DNA from: Nannocystis pusilla
Lineage (GTDB): Bacteria; Myxococcota_A; Polyangia; Nannocystales; Nannocystaceae
Reading direction: 5' to 3' (one strand)
Length of the DNA: 64,000 nt
NCBI RefSeq assembly: GCF_049337375.1
Contig: NZ_JBMPIV010000001.1
A program made the position numbers and the translations under genes. Below are positions 54,030 to 62,155 of the stretch, in pieces. Position 1 is the first letter of the stretch. Every line of letters starts with the position of its first letter. The notes beneath the pieces are model-generated. The model worked only from the letters and a program-made list of their open reading frames with translations, did no database searches and was not told where the DNA came from.

Positions 54030-55079
54030 TCAGGCGACGGGGATCGGCGGCGGGACGATGCTGTCGGGCTGGCCGCCGGCGATCCGCGGGCGGCTGCTCT
54101 CGACCTGCTGGTGCGGGGTGCCGAGGGCGATCGCGCTGGTGGCGTCGAGGCGGGCGAGCTGAGCCGGCGCGAGCTCGAGGGTGAGCGCGGCGAGGGCGGC
54201 GTCGAGGTGTTGGCGGGTGCGCGGGCCGAGGATGGGGATCCGCGCAGTGGTGGAGCGATCGGCGTGGGCCAGCGACCAGGCGAGGGCGACCTGGATCGGG
54301 GCCACGCCGGCCTCGGCGGCGACTGCGACGACGGCGTCGAGGATGGCGGTCTCGCGCGCGGTCTTCTCGGTGTGGACGAGCATGCCGAGGCCGGTGAGGC
54401 GGCCCTCGTCGCCGGTGCGGTACTTGCCGGTGAGGAAGCCGCCGCCGAGCGGCGACCACAGGGCCGCGCCGAGCCCCAGCGCCTCTGCCATCGGCAGCAG
54501 CTCGCGCTCCCCGGTGCGCTCGACCAGGCTGTGCTCGATCTGCACGCCCGCGAGCGGGGTCCAGCCGCGCAGCTCCGCGATCGCGTCGCCCCGCGCGACC
54601 CGCCAGGCGGGGAAGTTCGACAGGCCTCCGTAGAGGACTTTGCCGGCCCGCGCGAGGTCGTCGAGGCCGCGCACGATCTCGTCGATCGGGGTCAGGCCGT
54701 CGGGGAAGTGGACCCAATACAGCTCGATGCGGTCCGTCTTGAGCCGGCGCAGGCTGGCCTCGAGCGCGGCGATCATGGTCTTGCGGCTGTTGCCGGTGGC
54801 GTGCAGGCCACCTCCGACGCCGAGGGTGTACTTGCTGGCGACGACGAAGCGGTCGCGCTCGGCCGCGAGGAACTCGCCGAGCAGCTGCTCCGACTGGCCG
54901 ACCTGGTAGGTGTCGGCGGTGTCGATGAAGTTGCCGCCCGCCTCGGCGTAGGCGTCGAAGATCCGCCGCGCCTCGGCGGGCTCGCTGCCGTGGCCCCAAC
55001 CAGTGCCGAAGTTGCCGGTGCCGAGCGCGAGCTCGGAGACGCGTAAGCCTGTGCGACGACCAAATGTCCTGTACCGCAT
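54030..55079 (-). CDS. Aldo/keto reductase
   Basis: AKR fold motifs (LALGTGNFG, IDTADTY, ELYWVH). Confidence 0.85.
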   Translation of the reverse strand: MRYRTFGRRTGLRVSELALGTGNFGTGWGHGSEPAEARRIFDAYAEAGGNFIDTADTYQVGQSEQLLGEFLAAERDRFVVASKYTLGVGGGLHATGNSRKTMIAALEASLRRLKTDRIELYWVHFPDGLTPIDEIVRGLDDLARAGKVLYGGLSNFPAWRVARGDAIAELRGWTPLAGVQIEHSLVERTGERELLPMAEALGLGAALWSPLGGGFLTGKYRTGDEGRLTGLGMLVHTEKTARETAILDAVVAVAAEAGVAPIQVALAWSLAHADRSTTARIPILGPRTRQHLDAALAALTLELAPAQLARLDATSAIALGTPHQQVESSRPRIAGGQPDSIVPPPIPVA

Positions 55080-55205
55080 CGTGTGCTCCTGATGTCGGTT
55101 TTAGATTATGGTCGTCATATGGAATCGGCAAGAGGATGGCGTGTGAGTTCGGTTGAGTCGGTGCGGGCGTATTCGCGCGGCGGGTCTTGCGAGGATTCAA
55201 TCAAA

Positions 55206-55222
55206 CGTTCAATGATTGAACG
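55206..55222. promoter_or_regulatory. Perfect 8-1-8 operator palindrome CGTTCAATgATTGAACG overlapping the MFS start codon, in the AKR/MFS divergent region
   Basis: Read directly from the sequence. TTCAAT direct repeats flank it, and an SD-like GAGGA lies 15 nt upstream of ATG 55212. Confidence 0.6.
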
Positions 55223-56588
55223 CATGGAGATGCGCCTTTCCCCATTGGTCGTGGCCAGCCTGGCCGTGTTCGCGGTGTTCCTCGACACGACGGTGCTGTT
55301 CGTGGCGTTCCCGTCGATCGCGGCGACGTTCCCGGCGGTGCCCACGGCCGAGCTGTCGTGGGTGCTGAACGCGTACACGATCGTGTTCGCGGCCGCGCTG
55401 GTGCCGTTCGGGCGGCTCGCCGATCGCTGGGGCCATCGGGCGACGTTCCTGGCCGGGTCGATCGCCTTCACTCTGGCGTCGCTGCTGTGCGCGGCGGCGC
55501 CGACTCCGGGGCTGCTGGTGGCCGCGCGCGTGCTGCAGGCGGCCGGCGGCGCGGCGCTGGTTCCTTCGTCGCTCGCGCTGGTGATGCGGGCGACGCCGCG
55601 CGAGAGGCTGCCGGTGGCGCTGGCGGTGTGGGGCGCGACGGGAGCGGTGGCGGGGGCGGTCGGGCCGACGCTCGGCGCGGCGCTGATCGAGGCGTGCGGC
55701 TGGCGCTGGGTGTTCGCCATCAACCTTCCGGTCGGGCTGGTGACGGTGCTGCTCGGGCGAAGGCGCCTGACCGAGTCGCGCGACCCGGACAGCGTGCTGC
55801 CGGCGCCGCTCGGGGTGGTGCTGCTGGTGCTCGCGGCGGTGCTGATCACTCTGGCGCTGGTGCTCGGGGAGGCGTGGGGCTGGACGTCGCAGCGGACCGC
55901 GGCGACGCTGGTGGCCGGGCTGGCGACCCTGGCGGCGTTCGTGATCCATCAGGCGCGCACGCGGGCGCCGACGATCGATCTGTCGCTGTTCGCGGGGAGC
56001 AACTTCCGCTGGGCCAACGCGGCGACGCTGACGTTCGGCGCGGCGTTCACGGCGATGTTCCTGGCCAGCGTCCTGTTCCTCACCGCCGTGTGGGGCTGGT
56101 CGATCCTCGCGGCGGGCTTCGGCGTCGCGCCCGGGCCGCTGCTGGTGGCGGTGCTGTCGCCGCGTTTCGGGCGGCTGGCGACGCGGATCGGCCAGCGGCC
56201 GCTCTTGATCGCCGGAGGGCTGTCGTTCGCGCTCGGGGGGCTGTGGCGCCTGGGGATGCTGTCGGCCGAGGTCGACTACGCGGTCGACTACCTACCGTCG
56301 ATGCTGCTGACCGGGACAGGGGTGGCGCTGTGCCTGCCGCAGCTGTCGAGCGTGGTCGGCCAGGCGTTGCCGGCGAACCGCCTCGGGGTCGGCGGGGCGG
56401 TCCACCAGGCGCTGCGCCAGTTCGCGGGGACGCTCGGGGTGGCGCTGGCGATCGGGCTGACTGCCGGGGCGAGCGGGCCGGCCGACGCGCTGGCGCGGTT
56501 CGACCGGGTGTGGTGGGTGATGATCGCCGGCGGGGTGGCGACCGCGCTGTGCTCGCTGCCCCTTCGGACAGGTCCGGCCCGGGCGTGA
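55212..56588 (+). CDS. MFS transporter, DHA2 (EmrB/QacA-like, 14-TM) drug:H+ antiporter family
   Basis: Start at ATG 55212 or 55224. It has 14 predicted TM helices and MFS motif A (GRLADRWGHR). Confidence 0.8.
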   Translation: MIERMEMRLSPLVVASLAVFAVFLDTTVLFVAFPSIAATFPAVPTAELSWVLNAYTIVFAAALVPFGRLADRWGHRATFLAGSIAFTLASLLCAAAPTPGLLVAARVLQAAGGAALVPSSLALVMRATPRERLPVALAVWGATGAVAGAVGPTLGAALIEACGWRWVFAINLPVGLVTVLLGRRRLTESRDPDSVLPAPLGVVLLVLAAVLITLALVLGEAWGWTSQRTAATLVAGLATLAAFVIHQARTRAPTIDLSLFAGSNFRWANAATLTFGAAFTAMFLASVLFLTAVWGWSILAAGFGVAPGPLLVAVLSPRFGRLATRIGQRPLLIAGGLSFALGGLWRLGMLSAEVDYAVDYLPSMLLTGTGVALCLPQLSSVVGQALPANRLGVGGAVHQALRQFAGTLGVALAIGLTAGASGPADALARFDRVWWVMIAGGVATALCSLPLRTGPARA

Positions 56589-56601
56589 TACAACGGGCCT
56601 C

Positions 56602-57057
56602 GTGCGGCGCAAGCGACTCGACCGGATGCAGTGCTCGATCGCCCGGGCGCTCGATGTCGTCGGCGACCCGTGGACGCTGCTGCTCGTGCGCGACGCGCTG
56701 CTCGGGGTGACCCGCTTCGAGGTGTTCCAGGCGCGGCTGCAGATCCCGCGGGCCACGTTGACGGCCCGCCTGGCGCACCTGGTCGACGCGGGAATTCTTG
56801 AGCGCAGGTCCTACCAGGATCACCCGCCGCGCGAGGAGTACGTGCCGACGGCGAAGGGCCGCGGGCTGCGGCCGGTGATCGTGACGCTGATGCAGTGGGG
56901 CGACGCGTTCGCGCGCGAGGACCCACCGCCGACGGTGCTCGAGGACGCCGCCACGGGGCTGCCGATCGAGCCGGTGCTGGTCGACCGTGTCAGCGGGGCG
57001 CCGCTCACGGCGCTGCGCGTGCGCGCGGTCGGACCGGGGGTGCCGCGGCGGGGTTGA
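56602..57057 (+). CDS. HxlR family transcriptional regulator (second copy in the window)
   Basis: GTG start. The conserved core reads CSIARALDVVGDPWTLLLVRDALLGVTRF. Confidence 0.8.
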   Translation: MRRKRLDRMQCSIARALDVVGDPWTLLLVRDALLGVTRFEVFQARLQIPRATLTARLAHLVDAGILERRSYQDHPPREEYVPTAKGRGLRPVIVTLMQWGDAFAREDPPPTVLEDAATGLPIEPVLVDRVSGAPLTALRVRAVGPGVPRRG

Positions 57058-57128
57058 CGACATGTTCTTTGGGGCATGCTCTCAAGGGCATGGTCGAATG
57101 GAAATGTCGGAAAAGACATGTTATTTTG
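57057..57128. repeat. 14-bp-period repeat (5 units) at the right edge of the AKR-MFS-HxlR insert
   Basis: gacatgttctttgg / ggcatgctctcaag / ggcatggtcgaatg / gaaatgtcggaaaa / gacatgttattttg. Confidence 0.85.
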
Positions 57129-57182
57129 TGCAGGCTGTCGACGCGCCGCCGAAGCGCGATTCGGGCCGGTGACGCGGGCCGA

Positions 57183-57971
57183 TCAGTGGACGGCGAGCTC
57201 GCGGCCGCGCCAGCGGCGGAGGGCGAGCTCGCCGAGCAGGGCGACGAGGCCGAACAGCAGCAGGCCGAGCAGGGTGGCGGTGAAGATCGCGGCGAACAGG
57301 TAGGCGGTCTGCAGGCGGCCGGAGGTCTGGAGGATCAGGGCGCCGAGGCCGAGCTCGTCGGCGCCGAAGCCGGCGAAGAACTCGCCGACGATGGCGCCGA
57401 TGACCGCGAGGCCGCCGCTGATCTTGGCGCCGGCGACGAAGTAGGGCAGCGAGCCGGGCAGGCGCAGCTTGAGCAGCAGCTGCAGGCGCGAGGCGTCGCT
57501 CATGGCGAACAGTTCGAGCAGCTGCGGGTCGACGCGGACGAGGCCGGTGGTGCCGTTGGTGATGATCGGGAAGACGCTGAGGATCGCGGCGGTGAGGACG
57601 ACGCTCTGCAGGCCGGTGCCGAACCACACGACGATCAGCGGGGCGACGGCGACGATCGGGACGGTCTGCAGGAAGATCGCGTACGGGTAGAGGCTGCGCG
57701 CCGCCGTCTGCGACTGCGAGAACAGGACGGCCACGAGGCCGCCGACGACGAGGCTGGCCCCGAGGCCGCCGAGCGCGCCGACAGCGGTCAGCAGCGCGGC
57801 CTGGGCGAGCTGGCCGACGTTCGCCGCGGCCTCGCGCGCGACCTCGGCCGGGGTCGGCACGAGGTAGGCCGGCAGCGCCAGGACGCTGCAGGCCAGCTGC
57901 CACAGGCCGAGGAGGGCGAGGAAGACGAGGAGCGGCGGGAGCGCGGCTCGAGCGGCCGATGCGAGGGACAT
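57183..57971 (-). CDS. ABC transporter permease (NitT/TauT / SsuC-like)
   Basis: Six TM helices and an EAA-like loop. Its family is consistent with the SBP at 52740-53741. Confidence 0.8.
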   Translation of the reverse strand: MSLASAARAALPPLLVFLALLGLWQLACSVLALPAYLVPTPAEVAREAAANVGQLAQAALLTAVGALGGLGASLVVGGLVAVLFSQSQTAARSLYPYAIFLQTVPIVAVAPLIVVWFGTGLQSVVLTAAILSVFPIITNGTTGLVRVDPQLLELFAMSDASRLQLLLKLRLPGSLPYFVAGAKISGGLAVIGAIVGEFFAGFGADELGLGALILQTSGRLQTAYLFAAIFTATLLGLLLFGLVALLGELALRRWRGRELAVH

Positions 57972-58080
57972 GCGGGGAGGCAGAGAGGAGGAGGGGGCGA
58001 GCGGCGAGGCGCCGGCGACAGGCGAGGGGGCGGAGGAAGGCGGGGGGAAGGAGGCCGGGCTGGCAGTGGCGGGGCGGGAT

Positions 58081-58160
58081 GGCTGTCCCGAGGGACATGC
58101 GGAAATGGACAGGGCGGAGAGGTCAGGTCCGAACGGGCATGTCCGAAGGGTCAGGTGGGG
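58081..58160. repeat. 14-bp-period repeat between the ABC ATPase and permease genes, overlapping the ATPase 3' end
   Basis: gacatgcggaaatg / gacagggcggagag / gtcaggtccgaacg / ggcatgtccgaagg. Confidence 0.8.
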
Positions 58161-58929
58161 CGGCGGCGCGCAGGCGGGCGCGGACGTCGGCGGCGATCGC
58201 CGCGAACTCGGGGCTGCCGATCAGGGCGGCGCGGCGCGGGCGCGGCAGGGCGATCGGGATGTCGGCGACCACGCGGCCGGGGCGGCCGGAGAGCACGACG
58301 ACGCGGTCGCCGAGCAGGACCGCCTCGGCGACGCTGTGGGTGACGGCCAGGGCGGTGAAGCGGTCGCGCTCCCACAGGCGCAGCAGCTCGTCGTTGAGGC
58401 GCTCGCGCGTGAGCTCGTCGAGGGCGCCGAACGGCTCGTCGAGCAGGAGCAGCTCGGGCCGGGTGACGAGGGCGCGGGCGAGCGAGGCCCGCATCTTCAT
58501 GCCGCCCGAGAGCGCGGTCGGGGGAGCGGCGGCGAACTCCGACAGGCCGACGAGCGCGAGCGCGGCGTCGGCGGCGGTGTTCTGCTCGGCGATCGGGGCG
58601 CGCGCGAGCTCGAGCGGGAGCCGGACGTTGGCGTGCAGGCTGCGCCACGGGAGCAGGGTCGGGTCCTGAAACACGAAGGCGATCGCGCGGCGCGCCCGGG
58701 CCCGCTCGGGGGCCTCGCCGGCGACGGTGATGGTGCCCGCGCTGGCGGGCGCGAGGCCGGCAGCGACGCGCAGGAAGGTCGACTTGCCGCAGCCCGAGGG
58801 GCCGATGAGGGCGAGCAGCTCGCCGCGGCGGACGACGAGGTCGAGGCCGCTCAGGGCCTGCACGCCGCCCGCGAACTGCACGCCGAGGCCGCGGGCCTCG
58901 ATGTGCGGGGCTGGGACCGGCTCGGTCAC
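58123..58929 (-). CDS. ABC transporter ATP-binding protein (NitT/TauT family)
   Basis: GTG start at 58929. It has Walker A GPSGCGKST, the signature LSGGMKMRASLARAL and Walker B LLLLDEP. The last about 11 codons are encoded by the repeat. Confidence 0.8.
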   Translation of the reverse strand: MTEPVPAPHIEARGLGVQFAGGVQALSGLDLVVRRGELLALIGPSGCGKSTFLRVAAGLAPASAGTITVAGEAPERARARRAIAFVFQDPTLLPWRSLHANVRLPLELARAPIAEQNTAADAALALVGLSEFAAAPPTALSGGMKMRASLARALVTRPELLLLDEPFGALDELTRERLNDELLRLWERDRFTALAVTHSVAEAVLLGDRVVVLSGRPGRVVADIPIALPRPRRAALIGSPEFAAIAADVRARLRAAAPPDPSDMPVRT

Positions 58930-59051
58930 GCGGCGGACGCTAACACAGCGACCGGCGCGACGCACAGGCCGGCGCTCTTCCGCGTAATGACGGCGATCGG
59001 CGACACGGCGCGACGGACGGGCGAGGCTCGTGGCGCCCCCCGGCCGCCGCG

Positions 59052-59837
59052 TCAGGCCTTGCGGGGGCGCGAGCGGCGGGCGCGGGCGGGCTTGGCCGGG
59101 GGCGCAGGGGGCTCGGGCTCGGGTTCGTCTGCCTCTTCGGGCATGTCCTCGAGGTCCGGTGCTTCCGAACCTGTCGCTTCAGACATGTCCTCGGAGACCT
59201 CCTCGGCCTCGGCCTCGGCTTCGGCCTCGGGCGGGTCGGACGGGGCCGCCTCGAGGCCGCTGTTGCGGAGGGTGCGGGGCGGCAGCAGCTCGGGCTCGCT
59301 GACGACCTTCTTGGCCAGGAAGATGGCGGCGTCGATCTGGGAGAAGCTGCGGGCGCGGTAGAACTGGAGCGCGCGCTTGTTGTTGGCGGCGACCTCGAGG
59401 ACGAGGTGCGTGCAGCCGCGCACGCGGGCGAGGTGCTCGAGCTGCTCGATGACGAAGCTGCCGATCCCGCGGCCCTGGAAGTCGGGGTGGATGGCGATCT
59501 CCTCGACGAACAGCGGGCGCATGTCCCGGCTCTCGAAGTAGCGCTCGTTGATCCAATTGTCGGAGCCGATGACCTCGTAGGCGCACTCCGCGTAGCCGAC
59601 GATCACCGGGGCGTCGCCCTCGTGGATCTCGAACAGCAGCTGCTCGATGCCCTCCTCCTCGTAGATCTCGAGGAAGCGGGTCTTGGTGCGGGGGCGCTGG
59701 TACTCGACGGTCTCGCGGTTGACCGAGCGGAACACGCGCTTGAGGAACTCCCACACCTTGTTGAGGTCGCGGCGGTGGATCCGGCGGACACGGATGGTGG
59801 GCTCCGTGACGGCGGGCGCGGGCTTGCGGGAGGCCAC
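59052..59837 (-). CDS. GNAT family N-acetyltransferase with a C-terminal acidic/Pro-rich tail
   Basis: GNAT core (HPDFQGRGIGSFVIEQLEHLARVRGCTHLVLEV). The tail (EAEAEAEAEEVSEDMSEATGSEAPDLEDMPEE...) is partly encoded by 14-bp repeat units at 59134-59197. Confidence 0.7.
   Translation of the reverse strand: MASRKPAPAVTEPTIRVRRIHRRDLNKVWEFLKRVFRSVNRETVEYQRPRTKTRFLEIYEEEGIEQLLFEIHEGDAPVIVGYAECAYEVIGSDNWINERYFESRDMRPLFVEEIAIHPDFQGRGIGSFVIEQLEHLARVRGCTHLVLEVAANNKRALQFYRARSFSQIDAAIFLAKKVVSEPELLPPRTLRNSGLEAAPSDPPEAEAEAEAEEVSEDMSEATGSEAPDLEDMPEEADEPEPEPPAPPAKPARARRSRPRKA
59134..59197. repeat. 14-bp-family units inside the 3' coding tail of the GNAT gene
   Basis: ctcttcgggcatgtcctcgaggtccggtgcttccgaacctgtcgcttcagacatgtcctcggag. 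Confidence 0.7.
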
Positions 59838-59912
59838 GCCCGAAGTCTAGCACCGCCGGGGGGGCGCTCGTCCGCCTTGCGTGTGTGCGCACGTGCGTGG
59901 CATGCTCGGCCG

Positions 59913-61733
59913 ATGCGTCTCCGCGCCGCTGCGTCCGCCGCCGAGCCTGCGCGCCGGCGTGGCCGACGTCGCAGCGCGGGCCTGCGCCGGATCGGGCTCG
60001 GGTGCGTGGCCGTCGCGCTCGCTTGCGGACCGGGCGAGCAGAAGGCGCAGAAGGTCGAGGCGAACCCGAACATGCCCGACCGCGTGCAGGCGCCTGCGCC
60101 CGCGCCGCGCCGGCCGGAGGTCCACGACTGCCCCGAGGCGCTCCGCGAGCCCGAGCAGGTCGACCGCGTGATCGGCTCGGCTTGCAAGTCGGTGACGGTC
60201 CACCCGGGCTATCGCATCGAGAACGGGTCGCTGACGATCGAGGCGGGCGTGACCCTGCAGTTCATGCCCGACGCCGAACTGGCGGTCGGCTTCGAGCGCC
60301 CGGCGACGCTGCACGTGCGCGGCACGCCCGAGTCGCCGGTCCGCTTCACGGCCGCGGGCGAGCAGGCCAAGCCCGGGGCGTGGAAGGGGATCGCGCTGTA
60401 CGACCACGCCGACGGCTCGGAGATCGCCGGGCTCGTGCTCGAGTTCGCCGGCACCGACCTGCGCGGGGCGATCTACGTGCAGGCGACCGACGTGAAGATC
60501 GACGGCTCGACGGTGCGCGACAGCCAGAACGTGGCGGTCCACGTGACGTCGAAGGGCCACGTCAGCAGCTTCAAGGGCAACCGGCTCGAGCGCGTGAGCT
60601 CGCCGGCGCTGCTGCTGCCGGCCCGCTCGGCCGGGTCGGTGACGCCCGACAACACGTTTCCGCCCGACTCGGTGATCCACGTGCTCGGCGGGACGATCCG
60701 CGAGCGCGCCCGCTGGGACGTGCCGAAGGTGCCGTTCGTGATCGGCGGGGTGATCGAGATCGAGGGCCCCGACGACAAGCACGAGGCGATGCTCGAGCTG
60801 GCCCCGGGGACAGTCCTGAAGTTCGACGACGACGCGTACTTCACGGTCGGCTACGACCACCCGGCGGCGCTCATCGCCGAAGCGGCGGGCAAGGAGCCGA
60901 TCGTGCTGACGTCGGCGACCCGCCAGACGTCGCACGCGTGGCGCGGGGTCAACCTCTACCGCTCGGCCACCGCGAGCTTCAGCAACGTGGTGTTCGAGTA
61001 CGGCGGCCAGCGCTCCGACCGCGGGGTGGTCTACGCCAACAACGAGGCGCGCCTCAGCGCGAAGGGCTGCACGTTCCGCGACAACGGCGGCGGCGTGACG
61101 CTCCAGGGCGCGAACGTCCGCCTCGGCGACTTCCGCGACAACACGTTCGAGCGCTCGCACCCGGCCTTCGACGTGAGCCCGCAGCTGTTCGGGATGATCC
61201 CGCCCGAGAACAAGCTCGACGCCGCGACGACGGTCCAGGTCGAGGGCGGCGAGGTCAGCAAGGACGCGGTGTGGAACGACTTCGGGGTGCCGATCGAGGT
61301 CAAGCGCCCGGTCTCGGTCGACAACCAGGCGACGCTGACGATCCGCGCCGGCGCCAAGCTGCGCGTCCACGACGGCTTCTCGCTCGGGGTCGGCGAGTTC
61401 GGCGGCGGCTCGCTGCGCGTCGAGGGCACGGCCGAGCGCCCGGTGCAGATCTTCGGGACCACCGACCGCCGCGGCACGTGGGACGCGATCCGCCTGTACG
61501 AGAAGGCCCGCGGCAACCTGTTCGAGCACGTGCAGCTGCGCAACGCCGGCGGCGAGGGGGCCATCAACGTCGCCATGGGCGTCGACGCGGTCGTCCGCGA
61601 CGTGTCCTGCGTGCGCTGCTTCAGCCCGACGCTGACGTGGGCCTGCGGCTCGCGCGTGACGTCCGAGCGCGTCGCAGGCGGGGCCGAGACGCCGGCGGCG
61701 ACGCTGCCGCCGTTCGGCTGCGACCCGGCTTGA
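59913..61733 (+). CDS. Right-handed parallel beta-helix (pectin-lyase-fold) repeat lipoprotein
   Basis: ATG 59913 and lipobox VALACG. It has repeated beta-helix rungs (e.g. VHV.S.G.VS...N......G) over about 550 aa. Confidence 0.6.
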   Translation: MRLRAAASAAEPARRRGRRRSAGLRRIGLGCVAVALACGPGEQKAQKVEANPNMPDRVQAPAPAPRRPEVHDCPEALREPEQVDRVIGSACKSVTVHPGYRIENGSLTIEAGVTLQFMPDAELAVGFERPATLHVRGTPESPVRFTAAGEQAKPGAWKGIALYDHADGSEIAGLVLEFAGTDLRGAIYVQATDVKIDGSTVRDSQNVAVHVTSKGHVSSFKGNRLERVSSPALLLPARSAGSVTPDNTFPPDSVIHVLGGTIRERARWDVPKVPFVIGGVIEIEGPDDKHEAMLELAPGTVLKFDDDAYFTVGYDHPAALIAEAAGKEPIVLTSATRQTSHAWRGVNLYRSATASFSNVVFEYGGQRSDRGVVYANNEARLSAKGCTFRDNGGGVTLQGANVRLGDFRDNTFERSHPAFDVSPQLFGMIPPENKLDAATTVQVEGGEVSKDAVWNDFGVPIEVKRPVSVDNQATLTIRAGAKLRVHDGFSLGVGEFGGGSLRVEGTAERPVQIFGTTDRRGTWDAIRLYEKARGNLFEHVQLRNAGGEGAINVAMGVDAVVRDVSCVRCFSPTLTWACGSRVTSERVAGGAETPAATLPPFGCDPA

Positions 61734-61839
61734 GGCCGCGCGCCGGGACTGGCCCGCTCTCGACGGGGCGGGCCATCGGGTCGCGGTCGCTATTCTGATG
61801 TGCTCGGAAAGTTCGCCGCGAGCTTCCAGGGGGCATGGC

Positions 61840-61925
61840 GGCAGTAAAATAAGGGGTAATTTTTGTCCCCTAAGCACCTCGATCGGCATGCAAAGGTAAG
61901 TATATGGTCCTTTGTTTTTGCCGGG
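61840..61925. other. Local AT-rich island (about 85 bp) with a small hairpin (AGGGG-taatttttgt-CCCCT) in a convergent intergenic region. Candidate sRNA, promoter remnant or insertion scar.
   Basis: gcagtaaaataaggggtaatttttgtcccctaagcacctcgatcggcatgcaaaggtaagtatatggtcctttgtttttgcc stands out against the GC-rich background. Confidence 0.3.
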
Positions 61926-62003
61926 AGGTCCGCGGTGACGATGGGCGCCGGGCCCGTTCGTCGGCAGGATGAGGCCCGGCTCGACGGCGGACGCGGCATG
62001 GCT

Positions 62004-62155
62004 CGCTGGACATGTCATCAAGAACATGCTCGATAGAGCATGCTCTCATGAGCATGTTCATCGAGACATGGCCGGGAGGGCAGGTGTGTCCGGGGCCCGG
62101 CGCGCCTCACGAGCATGTTCTTCGAGTCATGGCCGTGAGGGCATGTGCGTCCGGG
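62004..62155. repeat. Long 14-bp-period repeat cluster (about 10 units) including an internal duplication of about 48 bp, overlapping the 3' end of the TPR/kinase-associated gene
   Basis: gacatgtcatcaa gaacatgctcgata gagcatgctctcat gagcatgttcatcg agacatggccggga ... gagcatgttcttcg agtcatggccgtga gggcatgtgcgtcc. Confidence 0.85.
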
